DNA of 64,000 nt from Octopus vulgaris (taxonomy: Eukaryota). Made by a program: the position numbers and the translations under genes. The stretch is from contig OX597817.1 of assembly GCA_951406725.2 (NCBI GenBank), positions 17,050,001-17,114,000 of the forward strand, given 5' to 3'. The first letter of the stretch is position 1. Every line of letters begins with the position of its first letter. Positions 14,788 through 27,595 of the stretch are shown here, one piece after another. The notes beneath the pieces are model-generated. The model saw nothing but the letters and a program-made list of their open reading frames with translations, had not been told where the DNA came from and made no database searches.

Positions 14788-15580
14788 ATGATTATACTGT
14801 AACTAAAAAGAAGGAAACTACTGTGCTGTAGAAGTTTATCATAATAACTGCTAAATCACAGATTTCTGTTATGACATCTTGCCAAAAGTTTAATATAATA
14901 CCAGAAATTATTCAGAATTTTGTTTTCGGCGAAGTTGATCTCATGACATCTACCTGAAAGTTATCAAACAGATAATGAGTTCAGCTTATGTTTTCGTGTA
15001 ACAAAGATATTGCATTGAAGGTGTGGGGAACGAGGACGGAGAAAATAACGAGGCTGGTCTGTTTGATAGCAATTCAAAACAGACTTTACCAATGTATAAA
15101 AATCAAAAGCTCAGTATCTATAATAGCAGCAGCAGCAGTAGTAGTGTTTGTTGTTGAATTTCTAGATAATGATTTCCATTATTATTCTTTCATTAAACTG
15201 CAATCAAAATAGTTTGTTTATTGGAAACGAATGCTACAGACAGAATGGGATATGATTGTGAAAGTAGTTTCTTTGCAATAAAACAGATCATAGAAAACAT
15301 TGGATAAAGTATAACTTCAGAAGACTGTTTGTTAACTTAATACCAATCTAATTAGTGTTCCAAACACATACTGCATAGTTTGTAGCATTGCTGCACAAAT
15401 AATGGCTAAATATTGCTTTGAGTAACAACACATCAGAAAAAGGGATTTTTTATTTTCTATATTTTTATTTATTTCGCAGCTTTAGGTAGGCCAGTAATTG
15501 CTAACCTTTTCTATCTCAGAACCTGCTTTCATATAGTCTCTCAACAAGGATACTCTTTATATATATATATATATATATAT

Positions 15581-15820
15581 ATTGGTAAAAACAGTAAGAT
15601 AACAAAAGAAAGAAAGAGACCTCAATATTATGTAATTAGAGGAAATTTATCTATAAAATAATATGTTACAATTACTCAATAGTCAAGATAAAACTCTGAG
15701 TTTCAGATGCCGAAGTGGAAATCCACAACACCATCTCTTCGGTTATCTGGCCATCTGAAAAAACGCTATGAAAAAATACCGTTATATAAAAGGAAATTAC
15801 TGAGTTATAATTATATAAAA
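15581..15820 (-). mobile_element. Penelope-like pseudo-LTR remnant with degenerate hammerhead motif
   Basis: Abuts (TA)n; minus strand GATAA-CCGAAGA-GATG..CATCT-GAAAC-TCAGA-GTT-TTATC. Confidence 0.5.
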
Positions 15821-16202
15821 CTAGCAGTATCGCCCGGCGTTGCTCAGGTTTGTAAGGGAAATAACTATAAAGCATTTTTAGAGAGTTATAGTAAAAAAAT
15901 AGCAAAAAAATGGAAAAAAAATGATGGTAAATTTTTTTGAGAGTTAAAAAAGGTGGAGTTGCGTCCCCTAGACGGTCTGTGGTTTGGGTTTCTGATTCTC
16001 GACCCCATGTCGAATTTATCGATTTTTTCAGAACTGGGGGAACTTTTCAAAATTTTTGCTGCGTTAGTTTTGAATTATGACATTGGGCTATGTGTGTGTC
16101 AAGTTTCATCAGAATCGGTTGAAAGCCGTGGTCAGGGTGAGGGTACGAGAAAACAGACACACAGAAAACGCACAGACAAACTGCCGTTTATATAGAGAGA
16201 GA
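15821..16202 (-). mobile_element. Non-autonomous Helitron
   Basis: Minus strand starts TCTCTCTCTATATAAACGGC, ends with CCTGAGCAACGCCGGG hairpin and CTAG; A|T insertion site, no TSD. Confidence 0.8.
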
Positions 16203-16473
16203 TAAGATTAAAATTTCATAGTAAACATGTAAAACATGGCTAGTCATACGCTTACATGGACACTTTTGCAGTATCCAACAGGCACGAGAACTATATCATG
16301 TTCCACTTCTACATTTGCATGGATGCACTTCCCTTCTGCTTCACAATATATATATATATATATTGTGTGTGTGTGTGTGTACACATTTTGTATTTGGTTT
16401 GCAAGATTCTTGATATGAAATGTCTGAAACAAATCTTGATCCTCCTAAGACACTCTCTCTCTCTCTACATATA

Positions 16474-16536
<63 letters not shown>

Positions 16537-16900
16537 TGTGTCTCTGTTTCCCAACCTCACCATTTCACAGCTGGTGTTGGTTTGGTTATGTCCCCATAAC
16601 TAAGCAGTTTGGTAGGAAATATTGATAGAATAAATACTAGACTTTAAGAAAAGTAGGTACAAGGGGCAATTGATTCAACTAAATCCTTCAAAGTAGTGCT
16701 CCAGCATGGCCACAGTCCAATGACATGAACAAGCAAACATTAATAGATGAACTAGTGCTCACCAGGTCATTTTTCTTTTTTTCTTAAATTACAAAATAAG
16801 GCAAGAATTTATATAGTGGCACATATTCAATTATGTTTTCTACTCATATCACAATAGTGTACACATTCTAATTTCAAAAATAATTTTTTTTGAAAATATA

Positions 16901-17110
16901 CTCTTTACTCTCTTTTACTTGTTTCAGTCATTTGACTGCAGCCATGCTGGAGCACTGCCTTTAGTCGAGCAAATCGACCCCGGGACTTATCCTTTGTAAG
17001 CCCAGTACTTATTCTATCGGTCTCTTTTGCCAAACCGCTAAGTGACGGGAACGTAAACACACCAGCATCGGTTGTCAAGCAATGCTAGGGGGACAAACAC
17101 AGACACACAA

Positions 17111-17173
<63 letters not shown>

Positions 17174-17338
17174 TACAACAGGCTTCTTTCAGTTTCCGTC
17201 TACCAAATCCACTCACAAGGCATTGGTCGGCCCGGGGCTATAGCAGAAGACACTTTCCCAAGATGCCACACAGTGGGACTGAACCCGGAACCATGTGGTT
17301 GGTAAGCAAGCTACTTACCACACAGCCACTCCAGCGCC
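16901..17338 (-). mobile_element. SINE family A
   Basis: Full-length reverse-complement copy. Confidence 0.9.
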
Positions 17339-17377
17339 TTATATTTATATGTTTAAAATATAAATGTAACTTGTTTG

Positions 17378-17790
17378 ACCCTTTAGCATTTGGATTATTC
17401 TGTCAAATGTAATACTTATTTATTCATATTGCTTTGAATTAATCCTGCATTATCTCATAACATCAAGATGTCAATGATGTCATCATCATCGTTTAACGTC
17501 CGTTTTCCGTGCTAGCACGGGCTGGACGGTTTGACCGGGGTCTGGGAAGCCAGGGGCTGCTCCAGGCTCCAGTCTGATCTGGCAGAGTTTCTACGGCTGG
17601 ATGCCCTTCCTAACGCCAACCACTCCACAAGTGTAGTGGGTGCTTTTTACGTGCCACCTGCACAGGTGCCAGGGGGGGTCCGGCATCGGATTGTGTATTT
17701 CTAGAATGACATTACAGGGTAGATGTGAGAGGCTGGATCTACCCAGTTTGAACCTAAAACAGGTAGAAGATTTGGGTCTGACATGGCCGG
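17378..17790. mobile_element. piggyBac-type MITE family P2, interrupted by an RTE tail (17480-17690, minus)
   Basis: Collinear with 37812-38019 on both sides of the insertion. Confidence 0.65.
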
Positions 17791-18593
17791 AAGAAAAATC
17801 CTTACCCCCTGTAAACACCCCTCTCTTGACATTTGTTGCCCCCTTATGAGCAGGCTGCTACTTGAGGGCAGGGTGCTACAGCCTAAGTTAAGACCCTCTA
17901 AGCTAGATCACAAATGGTTTATTCATACCATGAAATTAAAATCTAGACTAAAAACAAAAAATTTTAATTGGAAAATGTTCATTCAATAATATTTTCAAAG
18001 GGTTATTTTCTTTTCTTATGCTATGGCTGTTCTCACTCATTAGTCCTTCTATCTCATATTTTACCATTTATCTGCTAAATCTTTTATTTTCATTCTATGT
18101 GAGCTTTAAACTTCACTTAAAAAGCAACCAAAAAAATACATCAAAGTTTTTTTTTTATCTATTTATTGCTTACTTTCATTCTAACTTTGTTTGTTGTAAC
18201 TGTGCACTTTCAACTGCAGCTGTTGTCATGCTGTGATTGATTTCACATCACTGTCACACACAATTGATCATCTGCCTCTGCTTCCCTTACTTGTTCAGTT
18301 ATAAGGGGGGAAAAAAAAATCAATTCAGTCCATTCTCTTGAACTCATTCCTGTTATATATTTTTATTATAAATAACCTCAAATAATAACTAGTTGAACTT
18401 AAATATATATTTTCTTCTTTATTGATTGGATTTTCTGCTTAAATTTGTTTTTAGTTAAAACTCCCAACATATGTATATAAATATTAAATTTAAAGCTTAG
18501 CCTCATGGTGAGTTGGCATACATGAGAGTGTTAGATAGACTGCAATTTGGTATTTGGTCTAACATCTGGCACTCTGGGTTCAAATCCTGTTAT

Positions 18594-18997
18594 ACTCTTT
18601 TACTTGTTTCAGTCATTTGACTGCGGCCATGCTGGAGCACTGCCTTTAGTCAAGCAAATCAACCCCAGGACTTATTCTTTGTAAGCCCAGTACTTATTCT
18701 ATCGGTCTCTTTTGCCGAACCACTAAGTTACGGGGACATAAACACACCAGCATCGGTTGTCAAGCGATGTTGGCAGGGACAAACACAGACACACAAACAC
18801 TCACACATATATATATATGCATATACATATATACAACAGGCTTCTTTCAGTTTCCGTCTACCAAATCCACTCACACGGCTTTGGTTCGGCCCGAGGCTAT
18901 AGTAGAAGACACTTACCCAAGGTGCCTCATAGTGGGACTGAACCCAGAACCATGTGGTTGGTAAGCAAGCTACTTACCACACAGCCACTCCTGCACC
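18594..18997 (-). mobile_element. SINE family A
   Basis: Full-length reverse-complement copy. Confidence 0.9.
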
Positions 18998-19585
18998 TCT
19001 CTTTCATCTTGTCTGAGTTGGTAAAAGAACTACCAATCCAGAGCAATAGACTGGCAGAACTACAAGAATGTCTAACTGGATGCCTTGCAGTATTTGTTCC
19101 AGCTCTTTACATTCTGTGTTCAAATGCTTCTATGGCCTATCATCATCATCATCATCATCATGGATGGTAAACAAGATTCATTGCATAGTTGTACCACCAC
19201 CACCACCACCACTTTGTACCTAGGGTACCTTTAGCTGAGTCCACTCTGTTGCAAGCATTTAGGCCAGGTCCCCATCTTGATAATGCCTTCCTTCCTCTCT
19301 CTCCACCTCTCCTACCAGTCTCAAAAGCCCTGTAAAGGCTCATGGGTACTGACTTCCCTCCTGATTAAAAGATAAAAAGTGAGGAAAATGTACCCCTTAG
19401 TATTGATTGTTTATCTCTGCAAAGTCTTCTGATAGCATGTTTCTGGAACTAGTATTTTGCTTCTTTTATTTTGTTCTTTTATTTATGTGGTCAGTGTATA
19501 GTTTCTAGAAATAAAATGACTAAGTGGATGACAGTCTAGTCTCTATCCCCTTTTCAAGATGATAGGGTGTATTTTTAAGAAAAGG

Positions 19586-19853
19586 GCTGTTGCCAGCCTC
19601 GCCTGGCCCCTGTGCCGGTGGCACATAAAAAGCACCATCCAATTGTGGCCGTTTGCCAGACTCGTCTGGCACGTAAAAAGCACCCACTACACTCATGGAG
19701 TGGTTGGCGTTAGGAAGGCATCCAGCCGTAGAAACATTGCCAGATCAAACTGGGCCTGGTGCAGCCTTCTGGCTTCCCAGACCCCAGTTGAACCGTCCAA
19801 CCCATGCTAGCATGGAAAGCGGACGCTAAACGATGATGATGATGATGATGATG
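19586..19853 (+). mobile_element. RTE-LINE 3' tail (family B)
   Basis: Repeat units, conserved 3' block, (GAT)n. Confidence 0.85.
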
Positions 19854-19915
19854 ACTCATTGGATAATGTAGTCACAAATATTACGAAAAGATTAATGAAC
19901 TGATTGTGCCCTTGA

Positions 19916-20422
19916 TCATTCATCATCATCATCATCTTCGTTTAGCGTCCGCTTTCCATGCTAGCATGGGTTGGATGGTTAAACTGGGGTCTGGGAAGCC
20001 AGAAGGCTGCACCAGGCTCCAGTCTGATCTGGCAATGTTTTCACACGGCTAGATGCCCTTCCTTACGCCAACCACTCCGTGAGTGTAGTGGGTGCTTTTT
20101 TTGTGCCACCGACACAGGTGCCAGACGAGGTTGGAAAACGGCCACGATCGGATGGCGCTTTTTACGTGCCACCGGCACGGAAGCCAGGCGAGGCTGGCAA
20201 CGGCCACGGTCGGATGGTGCTTTTTACATGCCACCAGCACGGAGGCCAGTCGGGGCGGCGCTGGCAAGGTCCACATTTGGATGGTTCTCTTACGTGCCCC
20301 CAGCACTGGTATCACAGCTACAATTTCCATTGATGTTGATCGATTTTGATTCTGATTCTCACTTGCCCGATTTTGATTCTGATTCTCACTTGCCCGATTT
20401 TGATTCTGATTCTCACTTGCCT
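19916..20422 (-). mobile_element. RTE-LINE 3' tail (family B), long copy with four units and a 27-bp x3 repeat
   Basis: (CAT)n at left; CGATTTTGATTCTGATTCTCACTTGCC x3 at 20341-20421. Confidence 0.85.
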
Positions 20423-21991
20423 GCTCATTTAGTTAACCTGTTACTGTCAACTTACCTAAATACTAAATTTTGATTAAAATGTTTGACTTTCCTTCTTTGC
20501 ATTGCAAATCAATTTATTCCAGTTTTAAACGGTTTATCTTAATACAAAAACTGGTTGTATGTATGTTCCAAGTTATAGGCCGCAGTTACTAACTGAAGTT
20601 TTGCATAAGGGAACATCATTTTGAGCAGTTCACATGCTATGTGCCTTTTATTTATACTTTCTGTATTTTTAAGAAAAACTAGAAAAATATATTGCATGTC
20701 CCCAAGCACAAATTACTGACTAGAAACAAATTCATTATGTAAATTAATACAGAATTTTAAAGCCAAAAATAAGAAGGAAAAAAACTTATCTAGTTTTTCC
20801 TGAAAATATAAAAAAAATATACATCTCCCTCTATCATCATGCCCCTCTCTCTCCCCCTTCCCATTCCCTCCTCCCTTTGTTAACTGTATCATCATTATTA
20901 TTTTGCTACTCTTCATCTCTGTGCATCATCACCTCCTCACACGTTATCCACCATACATTACATTCACCCCTCGACCCTATCTGATCTCTTCTACAGTTGT
21001 CACCTACTCTTCCTTACTTTTCCTACTTAGCATCCCTCAAAACTTGTTCTTCATTTTTTTATATTTACACCCTCAACTATTCCCTATCTCTTGTCCATGC
21101 TCTCTTGCAACCTCCGACCCCCCACACTTGAGGGCCCATACAAACACCTCATCCCTACTATTTTTATCTCTTTCCTGCTCCGCTGCAATCATCTCACACC
21201 TTCTCTTCCAAAATGTGAGTAAGCATGTAGCCACCCTACACCAAGAAACTTATTCTGTTCTGGCCATTTCTACCACACCTTAATCCCACCTCATCTTTTA
21301 GCATGAAGCCACTGCTCTCTTGTACTCTTGCAAGCTGCATAGCAATCTCACCAATGCTGGTGCGTTGGAAAAAAGTACCCAGTACATTCTGTTAAGCAGA
21401 AGGAAGGGCATCCATGCAAATGTAGAAGTGGAACATGATACAGTTCTCGTGCCTGTTGGATACTGCAAAAGTGTCCATGTCCAGTCCATGCCAGCATGGG
21501 ACAATGGACGTTAACTGGTGATGATGATGATGATGATGAGTGTAAAAGCAAAATTATATTTAGATTCTATTTTAGTTCATTTTGTTATTTAGTTTTGCGC
21601 AATTTTATGAATTCAACTTGAACCAGTTCTTTTTAATTACCACATCACCATTTGAATGTCCACGTTTGCATGTTTGCATAGGTCAGATGGAGTTAATTGA
21701 GGCACATTTTCTTCAGCTAGACATCCTTCTTTTTTCCAACTCTCACCTGTTTCTAAGCAAGGTAATTCCTCATGCAAAATATTGGATATGAATGACACTG
21801 CTTTTATGACTGTGACAACTATTTACAACTATTACATGATGTCAAGACAAAAGAGGCAGAAAGACACACATGCAATAGGTTCCTTTCAGGTTTCAGCCAC
21901 CAATGGTTTTTGTTGGCCTGGAGCTTATAGTAGAAAACATTTGCTCAGGGTGCTATGCAGTGAGACTGAACCTGTAAATGTAATCTAGATA

Positions 21992-22391
21992 GGCGCAGGA
22001 GTGGCTGTGTGGTAAGTAGCTTGCTAACCAACCACATGGTTCCGGGTTCAGTCCCACTGCGTGGCACCTTGGGCAAGGGTCTTCTGCTATAGTCCCGGGC
22101 CGACCAATGCCTTGTGAGTGGATTTGGTAGACGGAAACTGAAAGAAGCCTGTCGTATATATGTATATATATATGTGTGTGTGTGTTTGTGTGTCTGTGTT
22201 TGTCTCCCTAGCATTGCCTTGACAACCGATGCTGGTGTGTTTACGTCCCCGTTACTTAGCGGTTCGGCAAAAGAGACCGATAGAATAAGTACTGGGCTTA
22301 CAAAAAGAATAAGTCCCAGGGTTGATTTGTTCAACTAAAGGCGGTGCTCCAGCATGGCCGTAGTCAAATGACTGAAACAAGTAAAAGAGTA
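21992..22391 (+). mobile_element. SINE family A, full length
   Basis: Complete copy. Confidence 0.9.
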
Positions 22392-22775
22392 ACCATGCAG
22401 CCACACCTGCATGGATAAAACAAGTTGGAATGAATCATCATTCTTGAAGATGAAAATTGCCAGTATTTTTGATTTTTTTTTTGGTTTTATTTCGTTTTTT
22501 TTTTCCATGTAATTTATGCAAAATATAGGGAATTCATGTGATTGTTAAAGTAGTTATTTTATTTTTAGGATTTATTTTAGACATTAATAAACCCAGGCAA
22601 ACCAAGTGCTGCTGCTCGTTCTCTCTAATTATTGACGCATATCAATAGTTTCCTCAGATGCCACTGTTTACATTATGTTACCGTGAGGTTGATTGATGCA
22701 ATTACAGAGCTTGATTTGTCTTGGCAATTATTTAATCCCATGAGTAATAGTAATAAATATCCTGCTCCTCTTTCT

Positions 22776-23210
22776 CACCACCACCACCACTGTTACCATC
22801 ATCACCACCACCACCACCGCTACCATCATCACCACCACCACCACCGCTACCATCATCACCACCACCACCACCGCTACCATCATCACCACCACCACCACCA
22901 CCACCGTTACCATCATCATCACGACCACCACCGCTACTATCATCACCACCACTGCAACCATCATCATCACCACCACCACCGCTACCACCACCACCACCAC
23001 CGCTACCATCATCACCACCACCACCACCGCTACCATCATCACCACCACCACCACCGCTACCATCATCACCACCACCACCACCGCTACCATCATCACCACC
23101 ACCACCACCACCACCGCTACCATCATCACCACCGCTACCATCATCACCACCACCACCACCGCTACCATCATCACCACCACCGCTACCATCACCACCACCA
23201 CCGCTACCAT
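22776..23210. repeat. (CAC)n/CGCTACCATCAT compound trinucleotide minisatellite
   Basis: Pure repeat; gives spurious poly-His, poly-Gly and poly-Val ORFs. Confidence 0.95.
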
Positions 23211-23279
23211 TATTTTCATCATCAGCTTCGTTTTCATTTTGTCTCCATATTCGTACTACCATGGTTTAAATTGATCTGG

Positions 23280-23329
<50 letters not shown>

Positions 23330-24000
23330 CTCTTAACACTGAATCAACATTTTGTCATCTCCTCATCTAATTAGTTTTCCCCAAGTCATACTTGGTGTAC
23401 AGGTACAGGCGTAGCTAAATGGTTAAGAAGTTTACTTCTCAACCATGGAGTCTCCGGTTCATTCCCACTGTGTGACACCTTGGCCAACTGAAGGAAGCTT
23501 ATGCATGTCTCCATTTGAGCTCTGTGGAATTTATTTGCTGAGAGTGGTGTTTCACCCATATGCTTTGCGCCTTCAAAAACATGTAAAAATAAGAGCTCCC
23601 TTAGAGGAAGGGTATCTGGATGTAAAATAATGTCTCGGTATAATCGTCTAATCCACACTGATATGGAAAAAGGGATGTGAAAACAAATGAACAAACCTTC
23701 AAACACCTTCGTGACTCTTTCTCACACCCTACCATCTTCTAAAAGTATATTCAATTTATCATTGGAGTTGTCAATCAAATCAAAAACTAAAGCAACCTAT
23801 ATGTAATTTCAGTATTGTTTTGATGCTTCATAAACTCCGTCAATGCAGCACAGCTTTAAAAAAACAAATGGAGTCTTTTTTTTTTATATATGTTTTATCA
23901 CAACATGCTTTCCAAGTTCAACAGATATGGATTGTTGTTTGTTGACAAGATGATATATGTATATATATGTATATGTATTTGTGTGTAATATATATATATA

Positions 24001-24720
24001 TCATCATCATCATCATTTAACATCCGCTTTCCATGCTAGCATGGGTCGGACGATTTGACTGAGGACTGCCGAACCAGATGGCTGTACTAGGCTCCAATCT
24101 TGATCTGGCAGAGTTTCTACAGCTGGATGCCCTTCCTAACGCCAACCAATCCAAGAGTGTAGTGGGTGCTTTTACGTGCCATCAGCACGAAGGCCAGTCA
24201 GGCGGTACTGGCAACGGCCATGAAAAAATCATGTTTTTTTACGTGTCACCTGCACCAGTAAGGCGACACTGGTAACGATCACGCTCGAATGGTGCTTTCT
24301 ACGTGCCACCGGCACAAATGCCAGTTAGTCGCTCTGTCAACGATCATGCTCGGATGGTGCTCTTGGTGCTCCACTAGCAAGGATGCCAGTCATTGAATTT
24401 AATTTCGATTTCACTTGCCTCAACAGGTCTTCACAAGCAGTGTCCAATGAAAGGAAGGTACGCATAAGTGGGCTGGTTACACACCTGGCATAGGCCACAA
24501 GGTTATGGTCTCACTTGGCTTGTCAGATCTTCTCAAGCACAACATATTTCCAAAAGTCACGGTCACTGGTCATTGACTCAGTGAGGCCTAATGTTCAAAG
24601 GTCATGCTTCACAACTTCATCCCAGGTCTTCCTGGGTCTACCTCTTCCACAGGTTCCCTCAACCGCTAGGTTGTGGCACTTTTTCACACAGCTATCCTCA
24701 TCCATTCTCGCCACATGACC
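24001..24720 (-). mobile_element. RTE LINE 3' end: C-terminal ORF remnant plus 3' UTR matching family B
   Basis: GHVARMDEDSCVKKC..VEGTCGRGRPRKTWDEVV, followed by family B units and (GAT)n tail. Confidence 0.85.
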
Positions 24721-25160
24721 ATTGGGCAGATTGAAGTCTCCCATAAGAAGTACACTTATGTGTTGTTCTAATGTGACTAGAACTTCTATTTTAGTAAGGC
24801 AGTCTTCAAACTTGCCTACATGATTTGGAGCACCTGCAGGGCAATATGTAGCACATATAACTACATCAAGTTGTCTTGTATGTACAATTAGTGTGTCACA
24901 TACTGAATTTGAGTGTGACAAAAGGACCTGGGGTGTGAAGTCTTCACGGATGTACATAGCAACTCCACCATGACTCCTTTCTTTCCTGTTGGTCCGTAAT
25001 ACAACATACTGTGGTATGTGTATTTCTGCATTTGCTATATCTGGTTTCAGGTGTGTTTCCATAAGTGCTTGATTGCATGCAACAAGGCCTCTCAAGAAAG
25101 AGACTTTTGTCCTATTACTAAGTGTTAACATTTCTCTGATGTTCAGTAAGAGCACCGATG
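24721..25160 (-). pseudogene. LINE ORF2 apurinic-like endonuclease (APE) domain remnant
   Basis: LLNIR..METHL..RTNRKERSHGGVAMYIRE..YCP..MGDFNLP. Confidence 0.85.
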
Positions 25161-25334
25161 TAATGTGTGTGTTGTTGCCAGTGGTGCCCACCTTGGGTCT
25201 ATCTGTTGTGGTGGTCTTGTGTATTGGGGATAGTCCCATCTGTGAGATTGATGTAGCCAGATCAGCTGCTGTACAATCTTTTGTGCCATGCACAAAAAAG
25301 ATTGTTGTTCAGCAGTTACCCTTTCAACATGTTG

Positions 25335-26027
25335 TTAGGTCTGGTTTGTAGCATGCACTACATCTGTGTACCTCCATTTTGGGGCAGGTGGTGCATAGTC
25401 CTTTCCTTTTGGCAGGTGGTTTCTGCCCTGTTTCATGTTTATGTTGCAGGGTCTTTGGTGTGCAAAGCGGCAGCTTACACCTTCCTCTCGATGCCAACAG
25501 ACATCTTTCAAGTAGAATTTGCACATTTGTGTGTGCTGTCTCTTTTTGTTATATGGGTAGTCAGGTTTGCTTCTTTCTTTGGCTGTTTCTACTTTCGTTT
25601 TTGTTTTTCCTTCTTTTAGCTCTTCCTTCTTGGCTCTTTCACCTCCATGGTTTTTCGTTTTGATGGTGGTAGGGGCACTTGTACTTTGGTTTACTTTCCG
25701 GGCAGATTTCTTGCTTGAATCTTCTTCTTTGTTTTCTTGAGTGTCTACCAAATGGGGGTGACATCTTTCATCTGCATTGGTGCATCCGTCCTTGTCGTCT
25801 TTGCTGTATTCATTATCAAAGATGGCATCAAGAGTGCTAATATGGGATTGTATGAGAGCGTAGGAGCATGTAAACTCCTGCTTCTTTCGTACTATCTGTG
25901 CTAACGTTTTGGTGTAACCGTTGCTCTTCAGCACAGCTGTGATTATGTTGTTTGGGTTATCTCCTTCAGCACAGTACCAGACTCTCAAAAACAATGCCAA
26001 TTCCATGCTCCTCCAGTTTCTGGACAT
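25335..26027 (-). pseudogene. LINE ORF1 remnant with CCCH-type zinc finger
   Basis: Lys/Glu-rich linker then CKFYLKDVCWHREEGVSCRFAH; directly upstream of the APE remnant on the same strand. Confidence 0.65.
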
Positions 26028-26638
26028 TTTTATGGATATTTTATTTATATATTTATTTTAAAAAATTTGATGGTGTGATGGAGGGTAGAGAAGAAATAGA
26101 GAAAAAAGTGTGTTTATATATTTAGAGAGATTGAGAGGCTGAGAAGAGAGAGAGAGAGATAGAGAGAATGTTTGGTTCTATATATTTAGGAAGATTGAGA
26201 GATGGTGTGACAGAGAGAAGTGAAGAGACAGAAGTGTGATGGAGAGAAGTGAAGAGAGAGAGAGGGAGTATGTATTAATAATAGAGGTTGAGGGTCTGAG
26301 AGAAGAAAGACTGTGTTAGAGAGAAGTGGAAACTATAGAGGAGAGAAAGAGTGTGTCTATACACACACACAGACACGCACACATATATATAGATACTATA
26401 TTTACGGAGTTTCAGGGGCTGAGAGATGGATGGTGCAATGGAGAAAAGTAAAGAGAAAGAGTGTGTGTGTCTATGTATTTATAGAGAGGAAGTAGAGGAG
26501 AGATTAAGGGTCTGAGAGAAGAATTATGGGATGATGAAGTGAAATAAAGAGATAGAGAGAGAAAGAGTAGAGGGAGAGGGTGTCTACATATTTAGAGAGA
26601 AGCAATAGAGAAGGGAGAAATGACAGTGATGGAGAAGA

Positions 26639-26639
<1 letters not shown>

Positions 26640-26684
<45 letters not shown>

Positions 26685-26966
26685 ATATGGTGTATATATG
26701 TATTTATGTGTGTATATATGTATGTGTATATGGTTGTGTATATATGTATGTGTATATGGTTGTGTATATATGTATGTGTATATGGTTGTGTATATATGTA
26801 TGTGTATATGGTTGTGTATATATGTATGTGTATATGGTTGTGTATATATGTATGTGTATATGGTTGTATATATATGTATGTGTATATGGTTATGTATAGA
26901 TGTATGTATGTATATGCATATATATACATGTGTATATATATATTCCATCTGCTGTCTTTCTTTTGC

Positions 26967-27016
<50 letters not shown>
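26640..27016. repeat. (TA)n plus 26-bp TATGGTTGTGTATATATGTATGTGTA minisatellite
   Basis: Direct observation. Confidence 0.9.
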
Positions 27017-27018
<2 letters not shown>

Positions 27019-27595
27019 TGAACCTGTCTTTTATCAAATATGTTGTGGCATAATATAATATTTTGCTTCTTTTTCTTTTATATGAATACTTGCTTTTGTT
27101 TCATAATTTGAGTGGTTTATTTAAACATGGACAATGGCTTTCATTATGCATAGTAGCATTTTTTTTGTCTCATCCTTATTACTAGCTTGTCTATAGATAG
27201 CTTTTATGCAATATAAGGTTTGAGACTTGCAATACACTAGGCTAAGTGTTCTTTATTAACTTTCAAGCTTTCTCATTTATTGAATACACTGCAGAGACTT
27301 AAGTGAATGGTTTCTAGCTTTGATGCTGAATTCAACTTGAATTCTGTTACTATCTATTATTATAATTCCTTACTCTGATTTTTGTTTCCATTTCCATATA
27401 GTTCTAACAAACTTTCCATGGCTACTTGTCAAAGTTATAAATTCCCTCATTGTCTCTTCTTTTTTAATAGTTAGCTAGGTCCTGACATAACTGTGTGCTT
27501 GAAAAGTTCACTGTCCATTCACTTGGTTTGGAGGTTCAGTCCAACTGTACAGCATCGTGGATAAGTGTCTTCCACTATAGCCCAAGACAACAAAA

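Noticed and set aside
19586-19690. Family B units as HDV-like or twister ribozymes
   Set aside because: Could not fit the nested double pseudoknot or catalytic residues; only a simple H-type pseudoknot is supported
22632-23336. Poly-His ORF resembling histidine-rich beak proteins, and poly-Gly ORF on the other strand
   Set aside because: Pure trinucleotide repeat open on both strands; no signal peptide or convincing splice context
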